A stretch of DNA of 64,000 bases, from IMG/VR virus record IMGVR_UViG_3300006916_000041, positions 64,001-128,000 of that record. The stretch is one strand, 5' to 3'. The notes beneath the pieces were generated by a model, which saw only the letters and a program-made list of their open reading frames with translations, was not told the DNA's origin and made no database searches. A program made the position numbers and the translations under genes. This DNA is from a virus. Shown in pieces: positions 8,861-18,410 of this stretch (within the stretch, counting starts at the first letter, position 1; each line of letters opens with the position of its first letter).

Positions 8861-9438
8861 GACTACAAGAACTGTTTAACATTAATTTAACTGAACAAAC
8901 TGGCTCATTTATTGCATACCACGGCTCTGGTGCCAACTTTGATAACTTTTTAAGAACCAAAGCGCATTCCGGCGAAGGCGGAGCAGCGTTTGGATCTGGT
9001 ATATATATTTCAAAAAATCCTGAAGTAGGTAAATTCTATCAAAAGTTAAGCAACAGCGATACTGCAACACTGTATAAAATAAAAGTTAATATTGACACAA
9101 ATAAGATTTTAAGATGGGACCGTCCGTTTTCACAACAACCAAAGTTTATTCAAGATGTTTTAAGTACGATTGACTATGATGGTTCTAAAGGAACAGAAGC
9201 AAGATATTATTATCATTATCTGAGAGCATCTTATGGATCAGGTGGAATATCCGGACCAATGGAAAGCGAACAAGCCACAAAATATTTAGAAGACCAAGGT
9301 ATCCAAGCAATATATTTCGTAGGTGATAGAAAGTATAAAGGACCTGGGCGTGATCAATCTCAAAACTTTGTTGTTTTTGATCCAAGTTTAATTACTATAC
9401 TTAACAAGTATGATACCAATGGTAATGAAATAAAATAA
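8857..9438 (+). CDS. ADP-ribosyltransferase-fold protein (ART-PolyVal-like) with capsid-targeting-like leader
   Basis: AYHGS...GEGG..FGSGIYIS...LYKIKV...GIQAI...QNFVVFDP; leader MRLQELF...LTE. Confidence 0.7.
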   Translation: MRLQELFNINLTEQTGSFIAYHGSGANFDNFLRTKAHSGEGGAAFGSGIYISKNPEVGKFYQKLSNSDTATLYKIKVNIDTNKILRWDRPFSQQPKFIQDVLSTIDYDGSKGTEARYYYHYLRASYGSGGISGPMESEQATKYLEDQGIQAIYFVGDRKYKGPGRDQSQNFVVFDPSLITILNKYDTNGNEIK

Positions 9439-9467
9439 TTGACACTTGTTATTAAATAATATATACT
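9439..9467 (+). promoter_or_regulatory. sigma70-like promoter
   Basis: TTGACA-N17-TATACT. Confidence 0.7.
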
Positions 9468-9489
9468 TCATAAAAACACATAGGTTAAA

Positions 9490-10371
9490 ATGAAAATAGC
9501 AGTACTATTAACTGGGCAACCAAGAAATCTTGAACAAGGTGCCCATTGGTTTAAAAATCATGTATTTCCCAAAGACTGCGGATTGGACGTAGATTACTTC
9601 TGTTATTTTTGGGATGACGGTGATCCAAATTTACAATCACGTATTGAAAACACATACAATCCTGTCAGATATCACACACAAAGTTTTGAAAAAACAATTG
9701 ATAACTTTATTGATCGAGTACAAGATCAAAATTCAAAGTTAGATAATTGGGATTTTGTTCCTGAGGAACGTCAGCAATCAAATCTATTCAGATTAGAGAA
9801 AAAATATATTAGTAAATATTCAAAAAATATATGGGGTCAATTTCTTTGTTCACAAAAAATAACTAACATGGTTGGTAATTTAGATCATTACGATATTGTT
9901 ATCAGAACCAGAAGCGATGTTGCATTTAAAAACATGGAAATTAATTATTGGAAAAAAGCATTTGAAAACATATATCGAAATCCAATATTCAATGACAAAG
10001 TATTTACTCCTTGGTTATATATAGAAAGCGGTATTCCTCTGTTTGCAGATTTTGCATTCATAAGCAAGCCAGATGTTTGGTACAAATTTAATTCAAATAT
10101 AGACGAATATTGTCTAAATCTTGCTACAATTCATAAACAATTATGGTACGAACTAGAAGTAAGTGAATTTTATCATCATCCTCATTGGATATGGAACAAA
10201 ATGGCTATGTACAGCAAAACAAATATGCTCAGTTTTAGTGTTACTTGGCCTATGCCTTGGGATTGTAAATTGATTAGATATCCTGAAAAGTTAGAAGATT
10301 TGTCTTGGGAACACATAGCACAACAACATGAAAAGTATGAAATAGAAAATCCTTATAAACCTAGTAATTAA
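9490..10371 (+). CDS. putative glycosyltransferase-like protein
   Basis: MKIAVLLTGQPR...DYFCYFW...YDIVIRTRSD...ADFAF. Confidence 0.55.
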   Translation: MKIAVLLTGQPRNLEQGAHWFKNHVFPKDCGLDVDYFCYFWDDGDPNLQSRIENTYNPVRYHTQSFEKTIDNFIDRVQDQNSKLDNWDFVPEERQQSNLFRLEKKYISKYSKNIWGQFLCSQKITNMVGNLDHYDIVIRTRSDVAFKNMEINYWKKAFENIYRNPIFNDKVFTPWLYIESGIPLFADFAFISKPDVWYKFNSNIDEYCLNLATIHKQLWYELEVSEFYHHPHWIWNKMAMYSKTNMLSFSVTWPMPWDCKLIRYPEKLEDLSWEHIAQQHEKYEIENPYKPSN

Positions 10372-11438
10372 TAAAAATTAAATTTTCCAACAGTATAATA
10401 TTGACTACGTTTATTGAAATTTTCTAAACTATCTTTCATACTACTGTGTTTTTTAGTTTGAAAATTTCTAGCGTACAAGTGATCAAAATGATCTTGAGGT
10501 CTAATATTAAAATTATTAGGAATAGTTTCAGGAAAACGTATAATATTACTTTGAATTCTGTCAGTTAAATGAATTGGTGTGTTGATATTTTTTATACTTT
10601 TAAAGAAATGTGTGTGTTGCCCACCTGGCGGTGTTTTCATATCAGTGATATAATCATGAAAAAATGTTTTGTTTAGTTTTTCTACAGTGGAAAGTGAACA
10701 TATCCACCATCCATCATGTAAACTCACAAGTGCATCAGGATTAGCAGTGTTTATATCATATGGCAAGTCTTGCTGCCATTCTAAACCTTCCCATGCTAGT
10801 TCTGTATAAAATGCTTGTTGATTTGCACATTGTTTAATTGCATTCATAATCTTATCGTTGTGCGTTACTAAGTCTGCTATTACATCGTATCTCCATTTGA
10901 TACAAGCTGCATAATTCATATTGGCATGATGGACCATTTCACAACTTTGAGCCGTAGAATATGCTTGAGAAGCTGTGTGTACATATCTACACCACCACAC
11001 ATGATAGTGCCACCATTTGTCAAATCCATCTTGTGGATTATCGCAATTGTTCAAAAACCAATCAGCATGTAATTCTTTATTAGCAATATTATGTTTAACT
11101 AATTCTGCACTACTTTTTGTCCAATCATCGTGTGCTATATGATCATAATAGTCTACAAAATTCCAATACAAATTTTTAAAAGGATTGATTCTATGATACT
11201 TGGGTTTGAATATGCTGAGAGCATAATCAATACTACCAGCATTTTCCCACGGAACACATATACGTGTTTTATGATAATCTATAGTATAGGGATAAAGATC
11301 CTCAGGTGACCAAAAATGACAGTAGTAATCTATTTGCAGATTGTTTCTTTCTGCAAACATGTCAAACATTTGTTTTATATACGGAAGTGTCTCTGTTTTA
11401 TCAATGACGAGACCCGTCAGCATTACAGCTATTTTCAT
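10368..11438 (-). CDS. putative glycosyltransferase-like protein, paralog of 9490
   Basis: MKIAVMLTG...DYYCHFW...IKWRYD...HDGWW; start moved to ATG 11438 with SD GAGGT. Confidence 0.55.
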   Translation of the reverse strand: MKIAVMLTGLVIDKTETLPYIKQMFDMFAERNNLQIDYYCHFWSPEDLYPYTIDYHKTRICVPWENAGSIDYALSIFKPKYHRINPFKNLYWNFVDYYDHIAHDDWTKSSAELVKHNIANKELHADWFLNNCDNPQDGFDKWWHYHVWWCRYVHTASQAYSTAQSCEMVHHANMNYAACIKWRYDVIADLVTHNDKIMNAIKQCANQQAFYTELAWEGLEWQQDLPYDINTANPDALVSLHDGWWICSLSTVEKLNKTFFHDYITDMKTPPGGQHTHFFKSIKNINTPIHLTDRIQSNIIRFPETIPNNFNIRPQDHFDHLYARNFQTKKHSSMKDSLENFNKRSQYYTVGKFNFY

Positions 11439-11492
11439 TGTAACCTCATTAGCAAAAATACTTATCACTTTTAAAATTACATAAATAAGTAT

Positions 11493-11681
11493 ATGAAGGT
11501 ACATGAGATCATAAGAGAAACAACCACTGCAGGGTCTATTGCAACAGTTGCACAGCCCTTGGGTAAAATGCAAAGACGTAAAAAAGATTCAATCTTTGCT
11601 GGTAAAAAAACAAAAGCTGATGCTGACGAGCAACAGTTAAATGATCAAGTGACCAATACAATGATCCGGAGAAACCCATGA
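11493..11681 (+). CDS. small putative internal head protein
   Basis: MKVHEIIRE^TTTAGSIATVA; TAAATA-N5-ATG. Confidence 0.6.
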   Translation: MKVHEIIRETTTAGSIATVAQPLGKMQRRKKDSIFAGKKTKADADEQQLNDQVTNTMIRRNP

Positions 11682-12358
11682 GATTGGAAAAAATAAGCAC
11701 AGTAAAAGAAGTTGCCAAACCACGTGTGGTAAAAGAAGGCAGAGAGTACAAAGTGTTAGATGTCAATGGAGTAGAACGCAAAGTGTTTGAAGACATTGAC
11801 CTGGCAAAACTTTGGAAGAAAAAACACATGCCTGAACTACAAGAAGGCACAGAACCAGTTGTATACACCAGCGAACTAATGGAAGGTGTACTAGATGCAA
11901 CTGACGAAGATGGATGGATGGCCAAAAGTCAACTGTATAGACTCAGCAAGTATGCAATTGAACTACACGGTATGATTGGTGATACAGACAACTTAGAACC
12001 TTGGGTACAAGCTAAAATTACAAAAGCCAGTGACTACTTGGGCGCAGTAAAGCATTATATGGAATATCTAGCAGTCAACGACTATCCAGAAGTTACTGTA
12101 GTAGACGACATGCCCGAAAGTGCAATGGAAAGACTTGAAGAAGCCCAAGAAGAAGGCATGATAATATATGTTGGAGATCAAAAGTTTGAATATTACGACT
12201 ATACACTAGAAGATGCAATGCGTATAGTTGACGAGTATGCTGACGAAATGGACGGCGAACCATATGAAGTATACAATGCAGACGGTAAATTAGTTTCAAG
12301 TGGTACGATGAGAAGTGGTGCATTCCACGAACCTGGAATTGAAGAAGAGGAAATCTAA
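11678..12358 (+). CDS. putative internal head polyprotein
   Basis: MRLEKI leader; VKE^G, LQE^G, LME^G, LEE^A; MAKSQL...LEPWVQAKITKASDYL module. Confidence 0.6.
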   Translation: MRLEKISTVKEVAKPRVVKEGREYKVLDVNGVERKVFEDIDLAKLWKKKHMPELQEGTEPVVYTSELMEGVLDATDEDGWMAKSQLYRLSKYAIELHGMIGDTDNLEPWVQAKITKASDYLGAVKHYMEYLAVNDYPEVTVVDDMPESAMERLEEAQEEGMIIYVGDQKFEYYDYTLEDAMRIVDEYADEMDGEPYEVYNADGKLVSSGTMRSGAFHEPGIEEEEI

Positions 12359-15300
12359 ATGCGTTTAGAGGATTTATTTGAAGCAAACCCTGCACTAAAA
12401 GTGTCGGGTTCAGTTGTGGGAGGTAAAAGTCCTGTTGTTTTGGGTACTGAATTCTTTGATATGGCAAAGAAACAAGGTGCTACTCCAAAACAAGCCAGCA
12501 ATGTAATCGAGTTGTTTCAAAAAAATAATCCTCAATTCCGCGGTCCAAAAATGACGCAGTTCATGCAACAGTTCTTTACGAACAATCCAGATGTATTCAA
12601 AACTGCTAACGATAATGTAAAATTAGCCACTGGCAGTGGCGGCGCAGGCAAAGTCAAAGGCAAAATTAAACCTTCAGGCTGGTCAAAACTGTTAGGTTTA
12701 GCTGGTAGAGTTGTTGGCGGAGCTGCGATGATGATTTTTGGCAACCCAACGACTGCGGCAGACGCCACACTTTCCGACGAAGATCGTCAAGCAATGGAAA
12801 TTGCTGATAAAATGATGCAGTCACTTGCAGCAAGTGATCCTCAAGCACTCATAGATATGATAGATGATGAATATAAAAATGCGGATAAAGATGATGTACA
12901 ATTTGTAGATCCAAGAACACATCCTTACTATACAGATGCACAAAAGCGTGTTGCTGACACTCAAAAAATGCTAGACCTAGAACCAATAGGCGGCGGTATA
13001 CCTCAACCATCAGCACAAACAGATGCGCCAACACTTGCACAACCAGAAATTAAACCAGAAGAATTACCCAAATCAGAACCTATAACAACGCCCAAGTTTC
13101 CAGGTATTCCTGTGCTTCCTGATCTACCTGGACCTGAGTCACCTCTGGAGATTCCAGAACCTGCTCCGAGTGTAGCACCAACTGCACCAAAGCAGCCTGA
13201 GCCAACTCAAGATCCACAAGATGCACCCGATGCTCCTACGAGAGATACACCTGTTGAAATACCAACAACTACTCCAACAAAACCAGAAGTTGATCCAGGT
13301 AAAGAACAAGAACCAACTGTTGATCCAGATGCTCCTTTACCCAAAGGACCAGTAGTAAATCCAGACGCTCCTGGTCAACCCAAAGGACCAGTAACTGATC
13401 CAGAGAAACTTCCAGATGCACCAAAAGTATTAGATAAACCTGTAACAACCCGAGCTCCAAGTACACTTACTGTACCGGGTCCTGCTCCTCGTGTGAAGAC
13501 AGATATCGGAACTACTCAACCACCCAGAGGCGGCAAAGGCAAAGAGAAAACACGCAAGAGAATACGTTTTGGTTTACCTGATTTAACGAAAAAACAAAGA
13601 GATTACACACTGAGTCCATTCACTCCTTTACCAATGCCAGATCCTATGAAACTTGCAAGATACAAAAGTTTCGGTGAGAGTGTTGAAGAGCGTGAAATGA
13701 CCAAAGCTGAAAAAGCCAAAGAAACACGTTTAAAGAAAAAATATGATGACAGCGGTATGAAAGCTGCAATGAAAAAACAATATGGTAAAGACTGGGAAAC
13801 AGTTTACTATGCTACAATTAGGAAACAAGCCATGGAAGAAGGATATCAAATCTTACCACCAATCGACAGAGATCGTTATGATGAAATACAGGGCATGGAA
13901 GGCCCAATGATAACTCGCAGTGGAAAAGTAGTGTACTATGATCCACAAGAAGGAGCATACTACGACAGAGACACAGACATGTATCTCACATATGATGAAT
14001 GGAAAGAACTAGACAAAGCACCACACACAGCAGAAGCAGTAAAACCAAAGGATGATCCTTATTCAGAACCAGGTAGACCTGGAGGTAAAAATCAAGACAA
14101 AGGCAAAAAATCTCCTAGCCTTCCAACAGCTATCCGTAGCTATCTCAAAGGCGGTGAACGCAGTTTGGGAATGCCTGATCCAATGAATATTCATGCAAGA
14201 TTAAACGCAAGTGTTGAACAACGTGCTAATGCACTGTTTGACAGAGCACTAGCAGAGTTTGAATTCAATCCTCGTGCTGGACACATGGATCAACCAAGTC
14301 ATCCACAAAACAAAGGTTTAACAGATCCAAGAAAATCAAGTCCTCGTCCAAGACTACGTCCTGAACCTGAAATTGATCTTTCACCTGATGCAGAAGCACC
14401 TGATCAGGTACACGTTAAAAAGTCAAGTGCGCCAGCCAGCAGCCCACGTCCGAGACTGCGTCCAAAGGATGTAGAGATGAAAGCTGCAATCGATGCTGCG
14501 GTACGTCAGGCAATGGGGGAAGAAAGCGTAAACGAATGGGGCGGTGATGATCAATACCAAGCAGTTGAAGGATTCATTGAAAACGCTCTTAGTATTTTTG
14601 ATGAAATGCTAGACAACGGAGTAGATGAACTTCGTGCTAGAGCAGAAGCACACGACTATCTCAAAGGAGAACTAGGCGACTTAGGTGTTACTCACGGTGA
14701 TATGGAAAGTAAACAGTATCACAGCGAATTGGAAAAAGAAATAGTACAAATCATGAATCGTCGTGACAAAGGAATGCGTGAAGGACACAGTCCACACAAA
14801 AAAGGTACAGCAAAATATAAAGCACACATGGCAGCAATGCATGCTGGTATGAACGAAGGCAAGTACGGCAAGAAGAAAAAGAAGAAAAAATATAACGAAG
14901 CTGACGATGAGTCATCATATGGTTGGGACGATGCTGCTATTGCGGCAGGCGCTTTAGGTTCTGCATATGCTACAGGTAAAATAGCAAACAGAACTCCAAA
15001 GCCACTTACACCTATGCAACAGTTGAAAAAAGACCAAAAGGCTGCAAGACAAGCACAAAAGCAACTGGATAGACAAAATCGAAAACTAGCCAAGAGCAAC
15101 ATGAGCGTAGCACAAAGCAATGACAAGATCGTTCGATTGAAACAAAAGTATCCTAATTTAGGAAACCAAAACATCAAAGCTGTGCCAAACAAAGCAACAA
15201 AATTAGGAAAAGCAGCCAAATTTGGAAAAGCTGCACTTGGAAAACTAGCATGGCCAGTAGCACTTGGTATGACAGCATACGATGCAGCTCGTGGTTATCG

Positions 15301-15691
15301 TGCAGATCCCAATGCTAGCTTTGCACAAAAAATTCGAAATGCAGGCAATACAGCACTAGACGGTGCAACATTTGGATTGTACGGAAAAGATGCTACTCAA
15401 GAGTCACTACAAGCACAAGGATTTACTGTGCAAGATCTTCAAGAAAAAGTAGATCAATTTATTCTAGTAAAAGAAAATGTTGATACACTGAGAAAAATTG
15501 TAGCTGATAAGAGTGTAATGCCAGTCAAGTTCGAAGATGGTACTATGAAAGTAGACATGACCACAGCTAGTATTTTCTTACAAGCATTCGACAAAATGCG
15601 TGAAGACAATCAAGCCAAAGTAGCTGAAATGATGAGAACCAAAAAAGGATTCCTAAGGGTAATGGATATTATCTACGGAGCAATGAAATGA
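12359..15691 (+). CDS. 1110-aa modular putative internal head polyprotein with Pro-rich region
   Basis: MRLEDLFE^A leader; many x-x-E junctions (VEE^R, MEE^G, LAE^F, VNE^W, MRE^G, MNE^G, YNE^A, VKE^N). Confidence 0.65.
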   Translation: MRLEDLFEANPALKVSGSVVGGKSPVVLGTEFFDMAKKQGATPKQASNVIELFQKNNPQFRGPKMTQFMQQFFTNNPDVFKTANDNVKLATGSGGAGKVKGKIKPSGWSKLLGLAGRVVGGAAMMIFGNPTTAADATLSDEDRQAMEIADKMMQSLAASDPQALIDMIDDEYKNADKDDVQFVDPRTHPYYTDAQKRVADTQKMLDLEPIGGGIPQPSAQTDAPTLAQPEIKPEELPKSEPITTPKFPGIPVLPDLPGPESPLEIPEPAPSVAPTAPKQPEPTQDPQDAPDAPTRDTPVEIPTTTPTKPEVDPGKEQEPTVDPDAPLPKGPVVNPDAPGQPKGPVTDPEKLPDAPKVLDKPVTTRAPSTLTVPGPAPRVKTDIGTTQPPRGGKGKEKTRKRIRFGLPDLTKKQRDYTLSPFTPLPMPDPMKLARYKSFGESVEEREMTKAEKAKETRLKKKYDDSGMKAAMKKQYGKDWETVYYATIRKQAMEEGYQILPPIDRDRYDEIQGMEGPMITRSGKVVYYDPQEGAYYDRDTDMYLTYDEWKELDKAPHTAEAVKPKDDPYSEPGRPGGKNQDKGKKSPSLPTAIRSYLKGGERSLGMPDPMNIHARLNASVEQRANALFDRALAEFEFNPRAGHMDQPSHPQNKGLTDPRKSSPRPRLRPEPEIDLSPDAEAPDQVHVKKSSAPASSPRPRLRPKDVEMKAAIDAAVRQAMGEESVNEWGGDDQYQAVEGFIENALSIFDEMLDNGVDELRARAEAHDYLKGELGDLGVTHGDMESKQYHSELEKEIVQIMNRRDKGMREGHSPHKKGTAKYKAHMAAMHAGMNEGKYGKKKKKKKYNEADDESSYGWDDAAIAAGALGSAYATGKIANRTPKPLTPMQQLKKDQKAARQAQKQLDRQNRKLAKSNMSVAQSNDKIVRLKQKYPNLGNQNIKAVPNKATKLGKAAKFGKAALGKLAWPVALGMTAYDAARGYRADPNASFAQKIRNAGNTALDGATFGLYGKDATQESLQAQGFTVQDLQEKVDQFILVKENVDTLRKIVADKSVMPVKFEDGTMKVDMTTASIFLQAFDKMREDNQAKVAEMMRTKKGFLRVMDIIYGAMK

Positions 15692-15879
15692 GACTGGATG
15701 AGCTCAAATCAACACCTTTAACTGAAGAACAATTTGATGAAGCAGCAGGCAAAAAAGACGCTTGCTATTACAAAGTTAAAAGTCGTTACAAAGTATGGCC
15801 CAGTGCATATGCAAGTGGCGCACTGGTAAAGTGTCGCAAAGTAGGTGCTAAGAACTGGGGCAACAAGAGTAAAAAGTAA
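15688..15879 (+). CDS. small basic putative internal head protein
   Basis: MRLDEL...FDE^AAGKKDACYYKVKSRYKVWPSAYASGALVKCRK. Confidence 0.65.
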   Translation: MRLDELKSTPLTEEQFDEAAGKKDACYYKVKSRYKVWPSAYASGALVKCRKVGAKNWGNKSKK

Positions 15880-16517
15880 TGTTGGTTAATGACATCATAT
15901 TAGAATCATATTATGATTTTGTTAAAGATGACAATGTTGAAGATATCATTGATCATGCAAAATCCACTGGACGCACTCATAATAATCCAATTTATATTGA
16001 TTATAGTGTTAAAAATAATCCTAAATATGATATGATTTCACTATCAGTTATGGCATATAAACCAGAAGCACCAGATCAACTAGTAAAACAAGCAGATGAA
16101 GACGGATGGTATGTTGAACTTCGTGCAATTTTTATCAAAAATCGCAATTATCAATCAAGTGAAAAATTGAATGCTAATCAGTTTCAGCGAATGATGGATA
16201 AACTTAATGCTGCGGACAATGTTGAACGTATTGAAGAAAATTTACGTGCTTGGTTTGGTAAAGGTAAAAAGGGCGGTGCTGGCGGTGGTGGCTGGGATCG
16301 TTACAACACCAAAGGTGAACGTATTGGTAAATGTGGCGATGCTAAAAAAGGTGAAGGCAAACCTAAATGTCTAAGTAAAAGTAGAGCTGCAAGTTTAAGA
16401 GCTAAAGGTGGCAAAAAAGCAATTGCTGCCGCTGTACGTAAAAAGAGAAGAGAAGATCCGAATAAGAATCGCAGAGGTAAAGCTAAAAACGTAAGCAACA
16501 CAACACGCAAATCATAA
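15879..16517 (+). CDS. putative internal head polyprotein
   Basis: MLVNDIILE leader; IEE^NLRAWF...GGWDR...PKC very basic module. Confidence 0.6.
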   Translation: MLVNDIILESYYDFVKDDNVEDIIDHAKSTGRTHNNPIYIDYSVKNNPKYDMISLSVMAYKPEAPDQLVKQADEDGWYVELRAIFIKNRNYQSSEKLNANQFQRMMDKLNAADNVERIEENLRAWFGKGKKGGAGGGGWDRYNTKGERIGKCGDAKKGEGKPKCLSKSRAASLRAKGGKKAIAAAVRKKRREDPNKNRRGKAKNVSNTTRKS

Positions 16518-16527
16518 AGGAGAAGCA

Positions 16528-16713
16528 ATGACACTTACACTTAACACAAAATGTAAAACCTGTGGACACGAGTGTCACTGCCATAAACAAGATTGCGATA
16601 AATGTATAAATGATGTTTGTACCAAATGTGTGTGCGATAATGCTGTGGGACTAGAAACTGATGCTCGTAAGTGGGCTTGGGAAGACAGCGGAGTCGAACA
16701 AGGCTTCAATTAA
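16528..16713 (+). CDS. small Cys/His-rich (metallothionein-like) protein
   Basis: CKTCGHECHCHKQDCDKCINDVCTKCVC; SD AAGGAG. Confidence 0.6.
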   Translation: MTLTLNTKCKTCGHECHCHKQDCDKCINDVCTKCVCDNAVGLETDARKWAWEDSGVEQGFN

Positions 16714-17306
16714 TGCACCCAGAAGAAATAGTTTGGCAAACAACTGCTCCTGAAGATTTGTGGATATTTGATAAACTAATACTATCAAGATATCTTGGTT
16801 ATACATGTGGTCCAACAGGAACCAGTGTTCCTACACCCGGATACTATATTGTGCGTCCTTGTGTAAACGCATTTGGACTAGGATTAAACGCACAAAAACA
16901 CTATATACAAGACACAACAGACTATCTAACACCTGGTCATTTTTGGTGTGAGTGGTTTGAAGGAGATCATATCAGTGTTGACTATCTAAACGGACAACAA
17001 GTACTAGCAGTACAAGGATTTAAACCACCAGGAACATTTACACGGTGGGACCGCTGGGTAAGAGTAGATACTCAGATACCTTTACCTCCAATACTAGATT
17101 ATATAAAAATCAAATATGATAAAATAAACTGTGAATTTATTGGTGATAAATTAATAGAAGTTCATTTGCGTCACAACAGCGATTTTCCACATGGTCGCAA
17201 CGAATATATTCCTGTGTGGCAGGGCATGAATGAAACACCTCCAAAAGGCTACGAATATATACAAGATCCTGATGTTCATGGCAGAATTGGAGCGTGGGTA
17301 AAATAA
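16713..17306 (+). CDS. ATP-grasp-like protein
   Basis: YIVRPCVNAFGLG, WCEWFEGDHISVD, INCEFIGDKLIEVHLR; start set at ATG overlapping previous stop. Confidence 0.55.
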   Translation: MHPEEIVWQTTAPEDLWIFDKLILSRYLGYTCGPTGTSVPTPGYYIVRPCVNAFGLGLNAQKHYIQDTTDYLTPGHFWCEWFEGDHISVDYLNGQQVLAVQGFKPPGTFTRWDRWVRVDTQIPLPPILDYIKIKYDKINCEFIGDKLIEVHLRHNSDFPHGRNEYIPVWQGMNETPPKGYEYIQDPDVHGRIGAWVK

Positions 17307-17334
17307 ATACGTATACAAAAAGGGAGTATTCATT

Positions 17335-18177
17335 ATGAGTACATTTGAATTTGAATTCACAGAAGATCAAGTGCAAGAACTGCTAAAAGGTAATGGCGAA
17401 TACGCAGAGTGGTTTGAAGCAATGGAAGAGATACTTCCATACTATGATATTACAACTGTTGATAGAGTAGCAGGCTTTATAGCACAGTGCGCTCATGAAA
17501 GCAACAACTTTAGAGTTACACAAGAGAACTTGAACTACAGTGCAAAAGGATTGAATGCTGTATTTCCCAAGTACTTTGTAAGAGCCGGAAGAGATGCAAA
17601 TGCCTATCACAGACAACCAGAAAAGATTGCAAACGTAGTGTATGCAAACCGCATGGACAATGGTGACGAAGCCAGTGGCGACGGATGGCGCTTTCGCGGT
17701 AGAGGAGTTATTCAACTTACTGGTAGACACAACTATACCAAGTTTGGAGAGACACTGGGCTACACAGCAGAACAAGCAATCAAATATCTCAAAACCAAGA
17801 AAGGTGCATTGGAAAGTGCATGTTGGTTTTGGAAAACAAATGGTCTAAACAAATGGGCTGACAAACAAGATGTTGTTGGCATGACCAAACGTATCAATGG
17901 CGGAACTATTGGACTAGAAGATCGCAAGAAGCACTACAAGCATGCACTAGAAGTATTGGGCGGCAGTTGGAGCCCACCACCTTTTACACACAGTACAGTG
18001 AAAAAAGGCAGCAAAGGTGAAACTGTAAAAGCAGTACAAAAAGCACTTGGTATTAGTGCAGATGGTGACTTTGGTCCAGGAACAGAAGCCGCTGTAATAG
18101 CATGGCAAAAAAGTAGAGGTTTGGTACCAGATGGTATCGTAGGAAAAGCTACACTTGCCGCAATGGGAATAAAATAA
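17335..18177 (+). CDS. endolysin: GH19 lysozyme with C-terminal peptidoglycan-binding domain
   Basis: FIAQCAHES, ENLNYS, FRGRGVIQLTG, TKRINGG; GSKGETVKAVQ..DGDFGPGT..WQ...GL.PDGIVG. Confidence 0.92.
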   Translation: MSTFEFEFTEDQVQELLKGNGEYAEWFEAMEEILPYYDITTVDRVAGFIAQCAHESNNFRVTQENLNYSAKGLNAVFPKYFVRAGRDANAYHRQPEKIANVVYANRMDNGDEASGDGWRFRGRGVIQLTGRHNYTKFGETLGYTAEQAIKYLKTKKGALESACWFWKTNGLNKWADKQDVVGMTKRINGGTIGLEDRKKHYKHALEVLGGSWSPPPFTHSTVKKGSKGETVKAVQKALGISADGDFGPGTEAAVIAWQKSRGLVPDGIVGKATLAAMGIK

Positions 18178-18332
18178 TGAATTGGATTACAAGTAGATTA
18201 ACAGAACGCACTACCTGGGATGGGCTAGTGCTGATAGCCGCAGGTGTAGCGATGATTGTTGTGCCTGTTGGAATAATTGGACTAGGCTGTATTGCATACG
18301 GCGCATGGACAATTTGGAAAAAGGAAGACTAA
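18177..18332 (+). CDS. small membrane protein, holin candidate (51 aa, not in ORF track)
   Basis: MNWITSRLTERTTWDGLVLIAAGVAMIVVPVGIIGLGCIAYGAWTIWKKED, coupled to the endolysin stop. Confidence 0.6.
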   Translation: MNWITSRLTERTTWDGLVLIAAGVAMIVVPVGIIGLGCIAYGAWTIWKKED

Positions 18333-18406
18333 TGGCAAAATCTTGGGCGCAAAAGAAAAAAGAAAACTTAAAGCAGTCATCAAAGTACGGCGAAAAAGGC
18401 AAGTAA
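18332..18406 (+). CDS. 24-aa basic peptide MAKSWAQKKKENLKQSSKYGEKGK
   Basis: fills the gap, TAATG coupling, SD AAGGA. Confidence 0.4.
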   Translation: MAKSWAQKKKENLKQSSKYGEKGK

Positions 18407-18410
18407 TAGT

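Noticed and set aside
11439-11573. N-terminal extension of the 401-aa minus-strand ORF
   Set aside because: It overlaps the 11493 gene; paralog alignment and the SD support ATG 11438.
13000-13520. Pro-rich repeats as a DGR or nucleotide tandem array
   Set aside because: The repeats are degenerate and at protein level; no reverse transcriptase or adenine-specific TR/VR pair is present.
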